A DNA stretch of 64,000 nucleotides from a virus. The stretch spans positions 32,001 to 96,000 of the IMG/VR virus record IMGVR_UViG_3300046167_000884; one strand, 5' to 3'. Below the pieces are notes generated by a model. The model worked only from the letters and a program-made list of their open reading frames with translations. It was not told where the DNA came from and did no database searches. The translations under genes and the position numbers were made by a program. Positions 21,586-30,920 of the stretch are shown here, one piece after another (within the stretch, counting starts at the first letter, position 1; each line of letters starts with the position of its first letter).

Positions 21586-22344
21586 ATGAGATTATTATAT
21601 CTATTATTTATACTACTTTTCACAAGTTGTGGAGTTGGATTTCAATACACAACACTAAATCATGCTGGTCACATTGACGGCATTTATTCATCTAATGATT
21701 ATAAAATAGATACATTAAATGAATTTCAGGTAAGAAATAAACTAAGAACAGATTTTAATTTTAGATACGATATTGCACAATATGCTTTATCCCAACCAGC
21801 TTCATTTGATTGGAATAATAGGTTACTAGGTAACAGATATAATTGGAATAGACCTTACTGGGGCTATAGTTACTATTGGAATAGAACTCAAATGTGGAAT
21901 GATTGGGCTTGGGGATACCCTTATTCGAATTGGGGATATAATAACTGGCATAGTTGGAATAGGCCTTATTGGGGTTGGAATAATTCTTGGTGGAATAATT
22001 GGGGTTGGAGACAACAAATGAATGATTATGCTTGGATATATAGGAATAGGTCTAATACTGTTCGTATAAATGGTTATAGAACTTTTAATAGAACATCTAC
22101 TCGTACTGTTGTAAATAACACAAATAGAAGAACAACCCCTTCAGTTAATGTTAATAATAACAATAGAACTATTAAAGTAAACAAACCAAGGGTTAATTAT
22201 AACTCTAAACCAAGAATTAATACACCTAGAGTAAGAGTTAATACTCCTCCTAGGCAACCTTCAACAATAAGAACAACTCCACGTATTTCTACTCGATCTA
22301 CTAACAATACTACTGTAAGAAGCAATTCTAGGAGAAAAAACTAA
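21586..22344 (+). CDS. Lipoprotein with W/Y/N-rich core and R/T/N/P-rich tail
   Basis: Signal peptide II MRLLYLLFILLFTSC; low-complexity aromatic repeats. Confidence 0.75.
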   Translation: MRLLYLLFILLFTSCGVGFQYTTLNHAGHIDGIYSSNDYKIDTLNEFQVRNKLRTDFNFRYDIAQYALSQPASFDWNNRLLGNRYNWNRPYWGYSYYWNRTQMWNDWAWGYPYSNWGYNNWHSWNRPYWGWNNSWWNNWGWRQQMNDYAWIYRNRSNTVRINGYRTFNRTSTRTVVNNTNRRTTPSVNVNNNNRTIKVNKPRVNYNSKPRINTPRVRVNTPPRQPSTIRTTPRISTRSTNNTTVRSNSRRKN

Positions 22345-22353
22345 TATTTATAA
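22344..22353 (+). promoter_or_regulatory. Putative late promoter ATATTTATAA
   Basis: Contains TATAAATA, the T4 late consensus. Confidence 0.7.
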
Positions 22354-22369
22354 ATAAAAATATACACTA

Positions 22370-23308
22370 ATGGACAACTTTAATTATCAAGCTTATATCA
22401 AAAGTGGTAGAATCCACGGAGAAAAAGCGATTTTAACCGAATCAGAACAAGTTTCTGAAAAAAAATACAAGCAAGGATATGACGATAGAGAAGATGAATC
22501 TCTAGGCGATCGTACTGGTGCTGAAAAAGGCAAGAAACAATCTATGAAAGACCGTAGAGATGATTCTTATGGAAAATTTGGCAAACGTGATGCTGAAAAA
22601 AAGGGCAAAAATAAAGTCAACAAAGAAAGCCTATCAGAAACTATTGCTGAAGCTAAAGCTAAAATTGACGAGGGTTCTTACCCATTTGATCAATGCTTGG
22701 CTGATAATGAAGGTAAATATGGTAAAAAAGGTGCTGCCAAAGTATGTGGTGCTATTAAAGCCCAATACGGTGAAGGTCAAGTAAATGAAATGGATGAAGT
22801 TTCATGGAATGATAAAAACAACCCAACCAGAAGTGATTCAGTAGGCGAAAGAGATCCTAAAAAAGTAGGCCAATCTACAGCAGCATACTCAGTAAATGAA
22901 GACGCTCGTACTGATGCTGAACAAGAAGGATATAAAGATGGATTTGAAGATGCTAAAGATGATATTGAAGGAGTATTAAAGAAAATGAAAGTATCTGAAC
23001 TTAAAGATAAAATTAAAACTGAAATTGTAAGTGCACTATCAGAAGCTGAAGAAGAAGTAGACGTTGATGTAGATGTTGAAGACGAAGTTGAAGTAGAAGC
23101 AGGTGCTGATGATATTGAAATCGAAAGACCAGGAGTTAAAACAACAGTAGATGTTGGACTATCTCCAGAAGAGGAAATTGTTCAAGATTCTTTAAAAGCT
23201 GCAATGGATGCTGCAGAAGCTTTAGGTAGTCAAAAATTAGCAGATCAAATTGGTAATACAATTACTTTCTTTACAAGACAATTTGTAGTAGGTGATAATA
23301 CTGATTAA
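22370..23308 (+). CDS. Probable head core/internal protein sharing modules with the scaffold
   Basis: Leader MDNFNYQAYIKSG; RTDAEQEGYKDGFEDAKDDIE and DEVSWN.KNNPTR modules repeated elsewhere in the window. Confidence 0.65.
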   Translation: MDNFNYQAYIKSGRIHGEKAILTESEQVSEKKYKQGYDDREDESLGDRTGAEKGKKQSMKDRRDDSYGKFGKRDAEKKGKNKVNKESLSETIAEAKAKIDEGSYPFDQCLADNEGKYGKKGAAKVCGAIKAQYGEGQVNEMDEVSWNDKNNPTRSDSVGERDPKKVGQSTAAYSVNEDARTDAEQEGYKDGFEDAKDDIEGVLKKMKVSELKDKIKTEIVSALSEAEEEVDVDVDVEDEVEVEAGADDIEIERPGVKTTVDVGLSPEEEIVQDSLKAAMDAAEALGSQKLADQIGNTITFFTRQFVVGDNTD

Positions 23309-23311
23309 TAC

Positions 23312-25942
23312 ATGCTTAACGAACGTAAACTTACGGAAAGAGAACTAGATAAACGTGCTGAAGCAATTCAGGGTTTGTTGTCCAATAAACGTACGCTAGT
23401 TAAAAAGTACGGTAAGGATGCGGAAAAAGTTATGTATGGTATTGCAACAAAACAAGCTAAATCAAAAGTAGAAGGCATGAATAAAGATAAAATTAAAGAA
23501 TTAATCCAAACAGTATTGCAAAAAGAAGAAAATGATAACATTGATGTTGCCTTTTCTGGTGTAGCTGATTATGGTGAAGAAGATAAAGCATTAGGTCGAG
23601 AAGATGAACTTGAAATGAAAGGTTTAGAAGAAGGTCATGGTTTAGATCAAGGTGATTTAGATACTCTAGAATCACTTAGAAATCAAATAGAACAAGGAAT
23701 ATTAGATAAAAAAAATCGAATCAAATTCGTTAAAGTTCTTGATTTTTTAATTAAATCAAACATATTACAAGATAAAACAAAAGATTTATCTATTAAAGAA
23801 GGGAATTTCAATGCTGGCTTTGACCAATTTGTAGCTATTATAGATAATAGAGCAAAACAATCCAATAGATCACCTAAAGAAGAAGCAGAAGACTTAATTG
23901 ACGATCTTAGATTACATTATGGTATAGATGCATTTTATGAGTCTTTAAACGAAGCTCTCAACCCAGAAGTATCCCAAGCAGTAAATCGTTTTATTAAAGC
24001 AATGGCTAAACGATATAGCTACAGCGAACAAGATGCTGTATTTGCTATTATGGCTGCTTTAAAACAAAGAAAATTTGATGGTTTAAATGAAGATCTAGAT
24101 GTAGGACATCAAGACAACGAACCTCACATGCTTAAAAAAGAATTAGCTAGAGCAGGTCAAATGATACAAATGCTTTATAGAGCAGTAGATAATTACGATG
24201 GTCAGGGTGAAGTAGATTTTCCACAATGGTGGCAAGCCAAAATTATCAAAGCAAACTCTATGTTAGATAGTGCTTTTGATTATTTGGATGGTGAAGAAAT
24301 GGTAGCTAAAATAGATGCTATGATTGATGGAGCAGATAAAGTTGAAGTAGATATTGATGTAGTTAATGAAGATGAAGTACAAAAAAGACTTGATGCCGAA
24401 AAAGCAATTAAATCAACACTTAAAGATGAAGGTGGAGCTGCTGGTTTAGAACCATTAGCAAAAGCTGTAAAAAAATTAGGTATTAGTAAAGATGAACTAC
24501 TTAAAATGATTAAAAAAGTAGTTGGTGTTGCTAAACATAAACATGGAGATTATATTTCAACCCCAATAAATGAAATTGACTACGATGAAGCTTTAACCTT
24601 AAGGGGTATGTTAGCTGATTTAAAGAAAGAAAGAGAGCAATTATTTAGAGACATGGAGCAAGAAGCTGAACCAGAAGGTGGGCCAATTGCTGATAGATAC
24701 GGTGATGAATTAAATAAAATTGAAGACCGTATGTACCAAATTGCTAAACAACTTCGTGATTATGATATGAACGAAGGAGTAAATGAAATAGGTATGTTTC
24801 ATGACCCTCGAATGTCAAGTGGAAACTTTGATCATTTAACTCCTGATCCAAAAGAAGACCAATTAAAAACCGCTTACGCTGCTTTAGAAAAAGCAGAAAA
24901 AGACGGTGATATTAGAAAACAAGAATTAGCTTTAGCTGCTATTGATCTTATCAATGGTAATATTAACGAAGAATCATCAGATGTATTCTTAGATGACATT
25001 GCACAAATGATGTTTAGTATGGATTATGATCAATTATCCCCACTAGAACAAGAAACGGTTAGAGATGAGGCAGAAAGACAAGATCCAGGAGATATGTCTC
25101 ACCAATTTCAATATTATGATGATGAAGATGAATCACTAAACGAAGCAATGGATGGTGGTCAATTATTTGACTACTTTAAGTCTAAAGGATACGATATAAC
25201 AGAACGTAGACCAGATGGATATCCACCTAAAGAAGGAGTAGAAGGATACCAAGTAAATAGAGGTAGAGGTAGATACCCTCAATCAGTAATATTTCAGTAT
25301 AATAAAGATACTGACGAATTTACCATCAGTAGGATGAGTGGTTATAGAATCGATGAAAAAGATGCTATAAAAGCTGGGATGAGAGAAGCAGGCCGTTCAG
25401 GAGCAGCTGGTATGGATTCTTACATGACAGATGGAAATTACACACCAGTAGATATTTCAGCCGAAGGTTTAAAAGATATAGTTGACCACGTAATGACTGG
25501 TTTAGATAGAGAAAGTAAAGCACAATCAGATTTTTATCGTGCTAGAGGGCGTACATCAGGTACTATAGATGAAAAAATAGCTACTGCAGTTAGAGAAAAA
25601 TTAACTAAATCATCATCAGTAGAAGACCATGTTGAAGATTTTAAAGATTCAGATGCACCTCAATTTAAAGGTAAATCATTAGAAAAAATTAAACAAATGG
25701 CTTTAGCATCATTTTTACAAAAACAAGGTAAGAAAAAAGTATCTGAAGTTAAAGATAGTAGAAAGAAAAAAGAATTCAAAGTAGGTGATAAAGTAACATA
25801 CTTAGGACACCCAGGTGAAATTACTAAAGTTAATAAAGAAATGACTGGTGTTATTACCTATAATGTATCATATGATAAAGGTAATGGTAAAACAAAAGCA
25901 TCAAACATCTATAATAAAGGTGGTGAAATAAAAACTGTATAA
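23312..25942 (+). CDS. Large acidic modular internal head protein
   Basis: 876 aa; more than 10 [ILVM]-N/x-E sites separating modules; C-terminal KOW/SH3-like FKVGDKV module. Confidence 0.6.
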   Translation: MLNERKLTERELDKRAEAIQGLLSNKRTLVKKYGKDAEKVMYGIATKQAKSKVEGMNKDKIKELIQTVLQKEENDNIDVAFSGVADYGEEDKALGREDELEMKGLEEGHGLDQGDLDTLESLRNQIEQGILDKKNRIKFVKVLDFLIKSNILQDKTKDLSIKEGNFNAGFDQFVAIIDNRAKQSNRSPKEEAEDLIDDLRLHYGIDAFYESLNEALNPEVSQAVNRFIKAMAKRYSYSEQDAVFAIMAALKQRKFDGLNEDLDVGHQDNEPHMLKKELARAGQMIQMLYRAVDNYDGQGEVDFPQWWQAKIIKANSMLDSAFDYLDGEEMVAKIDAMIDGADKVEVDIDVVNEDEVQKRLDAEKAIKSTLKDEGGAAGLEPLAKAVKKLGISKDELLKMIKKVVGVAKHKHGDYISTPINEIDYDEALTLRGMLADLKKEREQLFRDMEQEAEPEGGPIADRYGDELNKIEDRMYQIAKQLRDYDMNEGVNEIGMFHDPRMSSGNFDHLTPDPKEDQLKTAYAALEKAEKDGDIRKQELALAAIDLINGNINEESSDVFLDDIAQMMFSMDYDQLSPLEQETVRDEAERQDPGDMSHQFQYYDDEDESLNEAMDGGQLFDYFKSKGYDITERRPDGYPPKEGVEGYQVNRGRGRYPQSVIFQYNKDTDEFTISRMSGYRIDEKDAIKAGMREAGRSGAAGMDSYMTDGNYTPVDISAEGLKDIVDHVMTGLDRESKAQSDFYRARGRTSGTIDEKIATAVREKLTKSSSVEDHVEDFKDSDAPQFKGKSLEKIKQMALASFLQKQGKKKVSEVKDSRKKKEFKVGDKVTYLGHPGEITKVNKEMTGVITYNVSYDKGNGKTKASNIYNKGGEIKTV

Positions 25943-25944
25943 TA

Positions 25945-26415
25945 ATGACTAAAGCAGAATTAAGACAAAAAATTAAGACATTAGCAGTTACTGTTATGGC
26001 TGAAAAAGCTAAAACTGATGATGCTGCCTTAGCTTATGATGAATTAGTTAAATTTCCAGCTTTAAAAGATATTATAGTGGATCTATTAACTGATCAATTT
26101 GATTCATTTTTAGAATCAGTAGATTGGGTAGCTCCACGTCCTACAACTTTTCGTATAAATTTGTTGAATGGTGAAAATTTCTTACTTATGTTTACGGACA
26201 GAAGTTGGATAGGACAAGTACAAGGAAAAAAATATTATTTACTAAATCTCGATGAGGAAGAAAGATGTGCTCTAGCGATTAACAGACTTCTAAGAGTAGG
26301 ACCCGCTAGTGGTGCTGAAATGGAGGGAGAAGCAAGTGAAACTGATACAACAACAGACACAGCTGATACCGAAGTTGAAGATGAAGTAGATGTTGATGTA
26401 GACGTAGAAGCATAA
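25945..26415 (+). CDS. Hypothetical head-associated protein
   Basis: MTKAELRQKIK leader; acidic VDVDVDVE tail. Confidence 0.6.
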   Translation: MTKAELRQKIKTLAVTVMAEKAKTDDAALAYDELVKFPALKDIIVDLLTDQFDSFLESVDWVAPRPTTFRINLLNGENFLLMFTDRSWIGQVQGKKYYLLNLDEEERCALAINRLLRVGPASGAEMEGEASETDTTTDTADTEVEDEVDVDVDVEA

Positions 26416-26424
26416 AATAAAATA

Positions 26425-27735
26425 ATGAGTATATTCGATAAATTTTTTACAAAATTCGCTTACAAATTCGACAAAGGATATCCTGACATGAATAATGATC
26501 AGGATGTTTTGTTGTTGGAGTCACTTATTAGTGAAGTATTAGGTGAAAGATATAGTTTAGAAGAAGCTAATATGGTTGGATCCGCTACAAATTATCCTTC
26601 TGTTACTGGGACTTGGGAAAAATATATTGAAAACCCACTATCTAAACATGAAGACGGAAAAACAACTTATACTGCAATAAAAACATCTCCAGTATGGATT
26701 AAAACTCCATCAAATAATATTGAAAAAACAGATGTAATAGTAAATGTAAATGATACGTTTACTATTAGTTCTAGGTCTACTGATGATTTAATAAAAAAAG
26801 GAAGTTCTTATTATGCTCCTATTAATTATAAAGGAAAGGAATACTATTTCCCCTTTAATGCTATACTAAAACCTACAGGCAAAAATGTCCAAAAATTTGA
26901 ACCTAATTTAGATTCTAAAAATGACCCATCAGTTTATCATGCCTTCACCCCAGGCCATCCACAAGAAGCAAATATTGCAATGTTATTTATTGAAAAAACA
27001 TCTCCTGATTGGGAATTTGAATATAAAGGAAAATCATTAAAAGTAATATATTTAGGTGATCCTAATGTTAAAAGTACTGGTTATCCTAAAAATGATTTAC
27101 AAATTAATACTGAACCTGCCCCTGAAGGTTTAGATTCTTCAATGAGGATTAGTTTAAAAGCAGATAATGCTACTTACGTAGAGAATTGGATGACTTCTAC
27201 TAGAGCAGAACAGATATTAGGTGATACCAAAGTAAAAGAAATTGTTTTAGGAGCATATAATGCTTTATTAAAATCAACACCACCTAGATCTGGTAAAGGT
27301 TTATTTAAAGGAACCCTTAAATCATATCAAATTTGTATGTTTATTAAAGACAAACAACCACCGTATGGATCAGAAGCACCTTCAATACTATCAGAACCCC
27401 TATCTAAAGATGAGGCATATGAAGCTTATACAGGGGATAAAAAGTTTGGGGATACTGATGGGTCAGCTAATTATTTTTATAAAGGAGGAAAACCAAAAAC
27501 AACAACAGAATTTCTGGGAGATTTAAAACCATTCAAAGATAATATGGATAATTTATCAGATTTATGGGTTTCTTTAAGGGGATCTAATGAATCAGGTAAA
27601 GGAAGAAGTAGAGTATTTTATTGGGAAGGAAAAGATGATGATCCAAATGGAAAATGGATTATAAATCCATTATGGGCAGAAATAGCTGGGATAACCAAAT
27701 CAGAAGATAAAGAAGGTAATATAAAATATAGTTAA
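26425..27735 (+). CDS. Hypothetical protein with possible PD-(D/E)XK nuclease-like domain
   Basis: N-terminal AYKFDKGYPD..LLESLISE; internal PKNDLQI..ISLKAD. Confidence 0.45.
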   Translation: MSIFDKFFTKFAYKFDKGYPDMNNDQDVLLLESLISEVLGERYSLEEANMVGSATNYPSVTGTWEKYIENPLSKHEDGKTTYTAIKTSPVWIKTPSNNIEKTDVIVNVNDTFTISSRSTDDLIKKGSSYYAPINYKGKEYYFPFNAILKPTGKNVQKFEPNLDSKNDPSVYHAFTPGHPQEANIAMLFIEKTSPDWEFEYKGKSLKVIYLGDPNVKSTGYPKNDLQINTEPAPEGLDSSMRISLKADNATYVENWMTSTRAEQILGDTKVKEIVLGAYNALLKSTPPRSGKGLFKGTLKSYQICMFIKDKQPPYGSEAPSILSEPLSKDEAYEAYTGDKKFGDTDGSANYFYKGGKPKTTTEFLGDLKPFKDNMDNLSDLWVSLRGSNESGKGRSRVFYWEGKDDDPNGKWIINPLWAEIAGITKSEDKEGNIKYS

Positions 27736-27744
27736 TATTTATAA
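27735..27744 (+). promoter_or_regulatory. Putative late promoter ATATTTATAA (last one upstream of the cassette array)
   Basis: Recurrent intergenic motif. Confidence 0.7.
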
Positions 27745-27753
27745 TAAAACAAT

Positions 27754-28938
27754 ATGTGTAACTGCGGATGTAATACTTGCGAAACTAAAACAAAAGGACC
27801 TTTACTTACTGAAAGTAAAGTTAAATCTTTATTATCCGAAGGTCTACAATATCACATAGATAAAAAAATACCATTATTTGAAACAGTATATCGTATTGGT
27901 TCAGATAAACATCTAGCCTTAATTAAAGAAGCTAGAAAAATGTATTCACGTAACATAATTGATTTATGTGAAGATGATGAAGCACTAATTAAAACACATT
28001 TAGGTGAATTTGCTTTATATGAAGGTGAATCTGTACCATTAGATTTACCTATGTTAAATGAATCAGATTCTAACTATCCAGATTTTGATTTAAATAAAAA
28101 CATAAGATACAAAGATACATCTATTTCAAGCGGAATGTGGAGATATACAGGTCAAGAACAAGGTGGAAAAGGCGTTTATAGAAATTTAAATAATGATCAA
28201 ATATTAGCTTTTGATAGAAGTGATTTTGATATATTTAAAAACAATCTTGGTAGTCATTTTGATATTTCAGAATCATTAAATGAATTTTCATTACCTAAAT
28301 TTGATGTAGTAAAACCTATTATTGATAAATTTTTAGGTGGGATAGAAAAAGCTGGTAAAAAACTATTACAAATAGTTAAACGAGAAGGTAAACAGACTTT
28401 AGTATTAATTAAAGAAATAGCCGAATACGTAGTAAGTGGAGAAAAACCAACATCATCTGAACAGAAAAAAATTACAGAACAATTAAAGGATTTAGGTTTT
28501 TTAGCTTTTTTAGGAATAGCAGGTAATATTCCTTTTTCATTATTTTCTATAATTTATTTTATAATAGATGAATCAGGCATAGCTAAAGAATTTTTAAAAT
28601 TAAATGAGTCATTAAATGAAGATGAACAATTAGACGAAAAGAAAAAGGCTAAGAAAAAAGAAAAAAAAGACCCACCATTAAATAAACCAAAACGTGGTGG
28701 TTCTAAAGCATATTATGTTTATGTACGTGATCCTAAAACTAAAAAAATTAAAAAAGTATCATTTGGATCCGGTGGTTTAAGAGCTAAAATTAAAAACAAA
28801 GAAGCTCGTACTGCATTTGCCGCTAGACATAATTGTAAAAATAAAAAAGATAGAACTAAAGCAGGATATTGGTCATGTAATTTACCAAGATACGCTCCAG
28901 CATTAGGATTAGGTGCTAAAATGAATACTTTTTGGTAG
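27754..28938 (+). CDS. Modular internal head protein with Cys leader and basic C-terminal domain
   Basis: MCNCGCNTC; LTES/MLNES/SLNE/KLNESLNE sites; KPKRGGSKAYYVYV..FAARHNC..AGYWSC. Confidence 0.6.
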   Translation: MCNCGCNTCETKTKGPLLTESKVKSLLSEGLQYHIDKKIPLFETVYRIGSDKHLALIKEARKMYSRNIIDLCEDDEALIKTHLGEFALYEGESVPLDLPMLNESDSNYPDFDLNKNIRYKDTSISSGMWRYTGQEQGGKGVYRNLNNDQILAFDRSDFDIFKNNLGSHFDISESLNEFSLPKFDVVKPIIDKFLGGIEKAGKKLLQIVKREGKQTLVLIKEIAEYVVSGEKPTSSEQKKITEQLKDLGFLAFLGIAGNIPFSLFSIIYFIIDESGIAKEFLKLNESLNEDEQLDEKKKAKKKEKKDPPLNKPKRGGSKAYYVYVRDPKTKKIKKVSFGSGGLRAKIKNKEARTAFAARHNCKNKKDRTKAGYWSCNLPRYAPALGLGAKMNTFW

Positions 28939-28939
28939 T

Positions 28940-29212
28940 ATGAAAATAGATATATTTAATGAAATACACTGGTTAAATTTTAGGAAATTACCTGAAATTC
29001 AACCTTTATCATTAAATGAACAAGTAAAAAAATACAACCTTTACATAAATGAACTTACGTATGAACGTAATGTATATTTACATTGGTTAGAGGGACATAA
29101 AAAAGGTCCTAAAAGAACAACTCTTCAAGAAACAGGTTTTTTATTGCAAGAGGATTTATTTGATTTAGAACAAGAAAACGGAAGTAAAATTTTAATAACA
29201 GGATATGCCTAA
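28940..29212 (+). CDS. Hypothetical protein
   Basis: 90 aa, coupled to both neighbours. Confidence 0.55.
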   Translation: MKIDIFNEIHWLNFRKLPEIQPLSLNEQVKKYNLYINELTYERNVYLHWLEGHKKGPKRTTLQETGFLLQEDLFDLEQENGSKILITGYA

Positions 29213-29720
29213 TTTACCTATTTCAGGATTACCAGCTTCATCTACATTACAAGGAGATGAATTATTTGCCGATGTACAAGGTGGTGTAACTAAATATACT
29301 ACTTTAGATGATGTAACAAGCTATGTAAGTGGCTCAATTGAAGTCTATAATCAAACTAACCCTAATAACTCATATATAGTTCCCGTAACTTTAACAGTTG
29401 AAAAAGGAGATACAATTAATTTATCAGATACTGTATATCAAAATGCTTCTATGATTGAATTATCATGGAGTGGAGAGACTAACCCAGATGTAACTCTAAA
29501 TCTTCCAGATGCAACAAATGCTAATAATACTTATAGAACAATAAGATTTATTTCTGATTCAACCTTTATCAATTCTAGTCATCATGTTGATTTAACTCCA
29601 ACAGGAGGTCAAACATTAGATGGAAGTACAAACCCTTATGTAATAAATAAAGCATATGAAGGTATTATGGTATGGTCAGATGGAGCAGAATGGTTTATAA
29701 TACAGAAAAAAGCTGGATAA
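29205..29720 (+). CDS. Probable virion structural protein
   Basis: MPNLPISGLP..LQGDELF..VQGGVTKYTTL N-terminus and DGAEWFII C-terminus resemble phage fibre/baseplate modules. Confidence 0.55.
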   Translation: MPNLPISGLPASSTLQGDELFADVQGGVTKYTTLDDVTSYVSGSIEVYNQTNPNNSYIVPVTLTVEKGDTINLSDTVYQNASMIELSWSGETNPDVTLNLPDATNANNTYRTIRFISDSTFINSSHHVDLTPTGGQTLDGSTNPYVINKAYEGIMVWSDGAEWFIIQKKAG

Positions 29721-29968
29721 TGAACCCATACAAAAATAAAGGTAACATAAGAACGTTTTCGAAAGATGTAAATAAACTAGAACTAGTTTGGCATCAAGAC
29801 GCTGAAGATAGAGATATCGAAGTATTAGAAGGCAAAGGATGGGAATTACAAATGGATAATGAATTACCCTTTGAATTAGTAAAGGGAGATCGTATATTTA
29901 TAACAGAAGGTAGAATACACCGAATATTAAAAGGCATAACAGATTTAAAAATAAAAATAAATGGATAA
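29720..29968 (+). CDS. Small cupin-like protein
   Basis: LVWHQDAEDR..VLEGKGWELQMD..IFI..IHRILKG; likely start MNPYK at 29720. Confidence 0.7.
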   Translation: MNPYKNKGNIRTFSKDVNKLELVWHQDAEDRDIEVLEGKGWELQMDNELPFELVKGDRIFITEGRIHRILKGITDLKIKING

Positions 29969-30254
29969 CTTTAATTTAAGAAAATATTTAGCTGAAGGAA
30001 AATTACATGAAGAACAAGTAATGGGATATGCTGTACTTATAAATGGTAAATTCTATAATAATAAAGTATACAAATCAGAATCAGTAGCTAATGGACAGTT
30101 AACTACATTACTAGGTGATGTAAAAAGTGAATTAGGTCTTGAAGGTGGAAGAAAAGATCAATATTATTTTGGTACTAAAAAAGGAGATAAAGATTTAGAA
30201 CAACGTTTAAAAGATTTAGAACAAGCTAAAGTAGTAGCTGTAACCTATAAATAA
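29961..30254 (+). CDS. Leader-cassette protein 1 (putative capsid-targeted internal protein)
   Basis: MDNFNLRKYLAEGKLHEE leader + unique payload. Confidence 0.8.
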   Translation: MDNFNLRKYLAEGKLHEEQVMGYAVLINGKFYNNKVYKSESVANGQLTTLLGDVKSELGLEGGRKDQYYFGTKKGDKDLEQRLKDLEQAKVVAVTYK

Positions 30255-30260
30255 AAATAA

Positions 30261-30902
30261 ATGGATAACTTCGATTTAAAAAAATATTTAGCTGAAGGTC
30301 GCTTATTTAAAGAAGAAATAGACTACCCATCTATTAAAGATGAAATGAAAAAAATATATGATATAGATGTAGATCTAGATACCATTAAAGATTTTGTTAC
30401 ATCATATAATGATAGTGAGGGTATGGATGTATTTGATACAACGGAACGAGAAGATTTTTATTTATATTTAAAAGATTTAGCTGAAGGCCTCTTATTTGAA
30501 GAAGAACAATGGTTTGATCCCTCTAGCCCTTCACACGGTAAAGGATATAAAGTATTAGGCGATAAACCACAAGAAGGTGCTTTTTATGTAAGTGGATATG
30601 ATTTTGATAATGATAAAAGCTTTGAATATTATGTACTTGATCCTAATTATAATAAATACCTTACTGCTACCCAAGAATTATTAGGTCTTGCTGATGAACA
30701 GGGACACGAGTATGAAAGTATAGAACAGTATTATGATACAGTTAAAGCTTTTCAAAATGATTTAAGATCTTATGCTAAAGGAGGTAAGTTCGAAGGTGAT
30801 GAGGTACCTAATTGGCTTATGCAAGATCTTGCTATGAGTTTTGGAACTGATTATGACCAATTTTATAGTGATGATGAAGACGAAGACGAAGACGATTATT
30901 AA
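30261..30902 (+). CDS. Leader-cassette protein 2 (acidic)
   Basis: MDNFDLKKYLAEGRLFKEE; internal LAEGLLFEEE; acidic tail. Confidence 0.8.
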   Translation: MDNFDLKKYLAEGRLFKEEIDYPSIKDEMKKIYDIDVDLDTIKDFVTSYNDSEGMDVFDTTEREDFYLYLKDLAEGLLFEEEQWFDPSSPSHGKGYKVLGDKPQEGAFYVSGYDFDNDKSFEYYVLDPNYNKYLTATQELLGLADEQGHEYESIEQYYDTVKAFQNDLRSYAKGGKFEGDEVPNWLMQDLAMSFGTDYDQFYSDDEDEDEDDY

Positions 30903-30920
30903 AAATAAAATTAAAATAAA

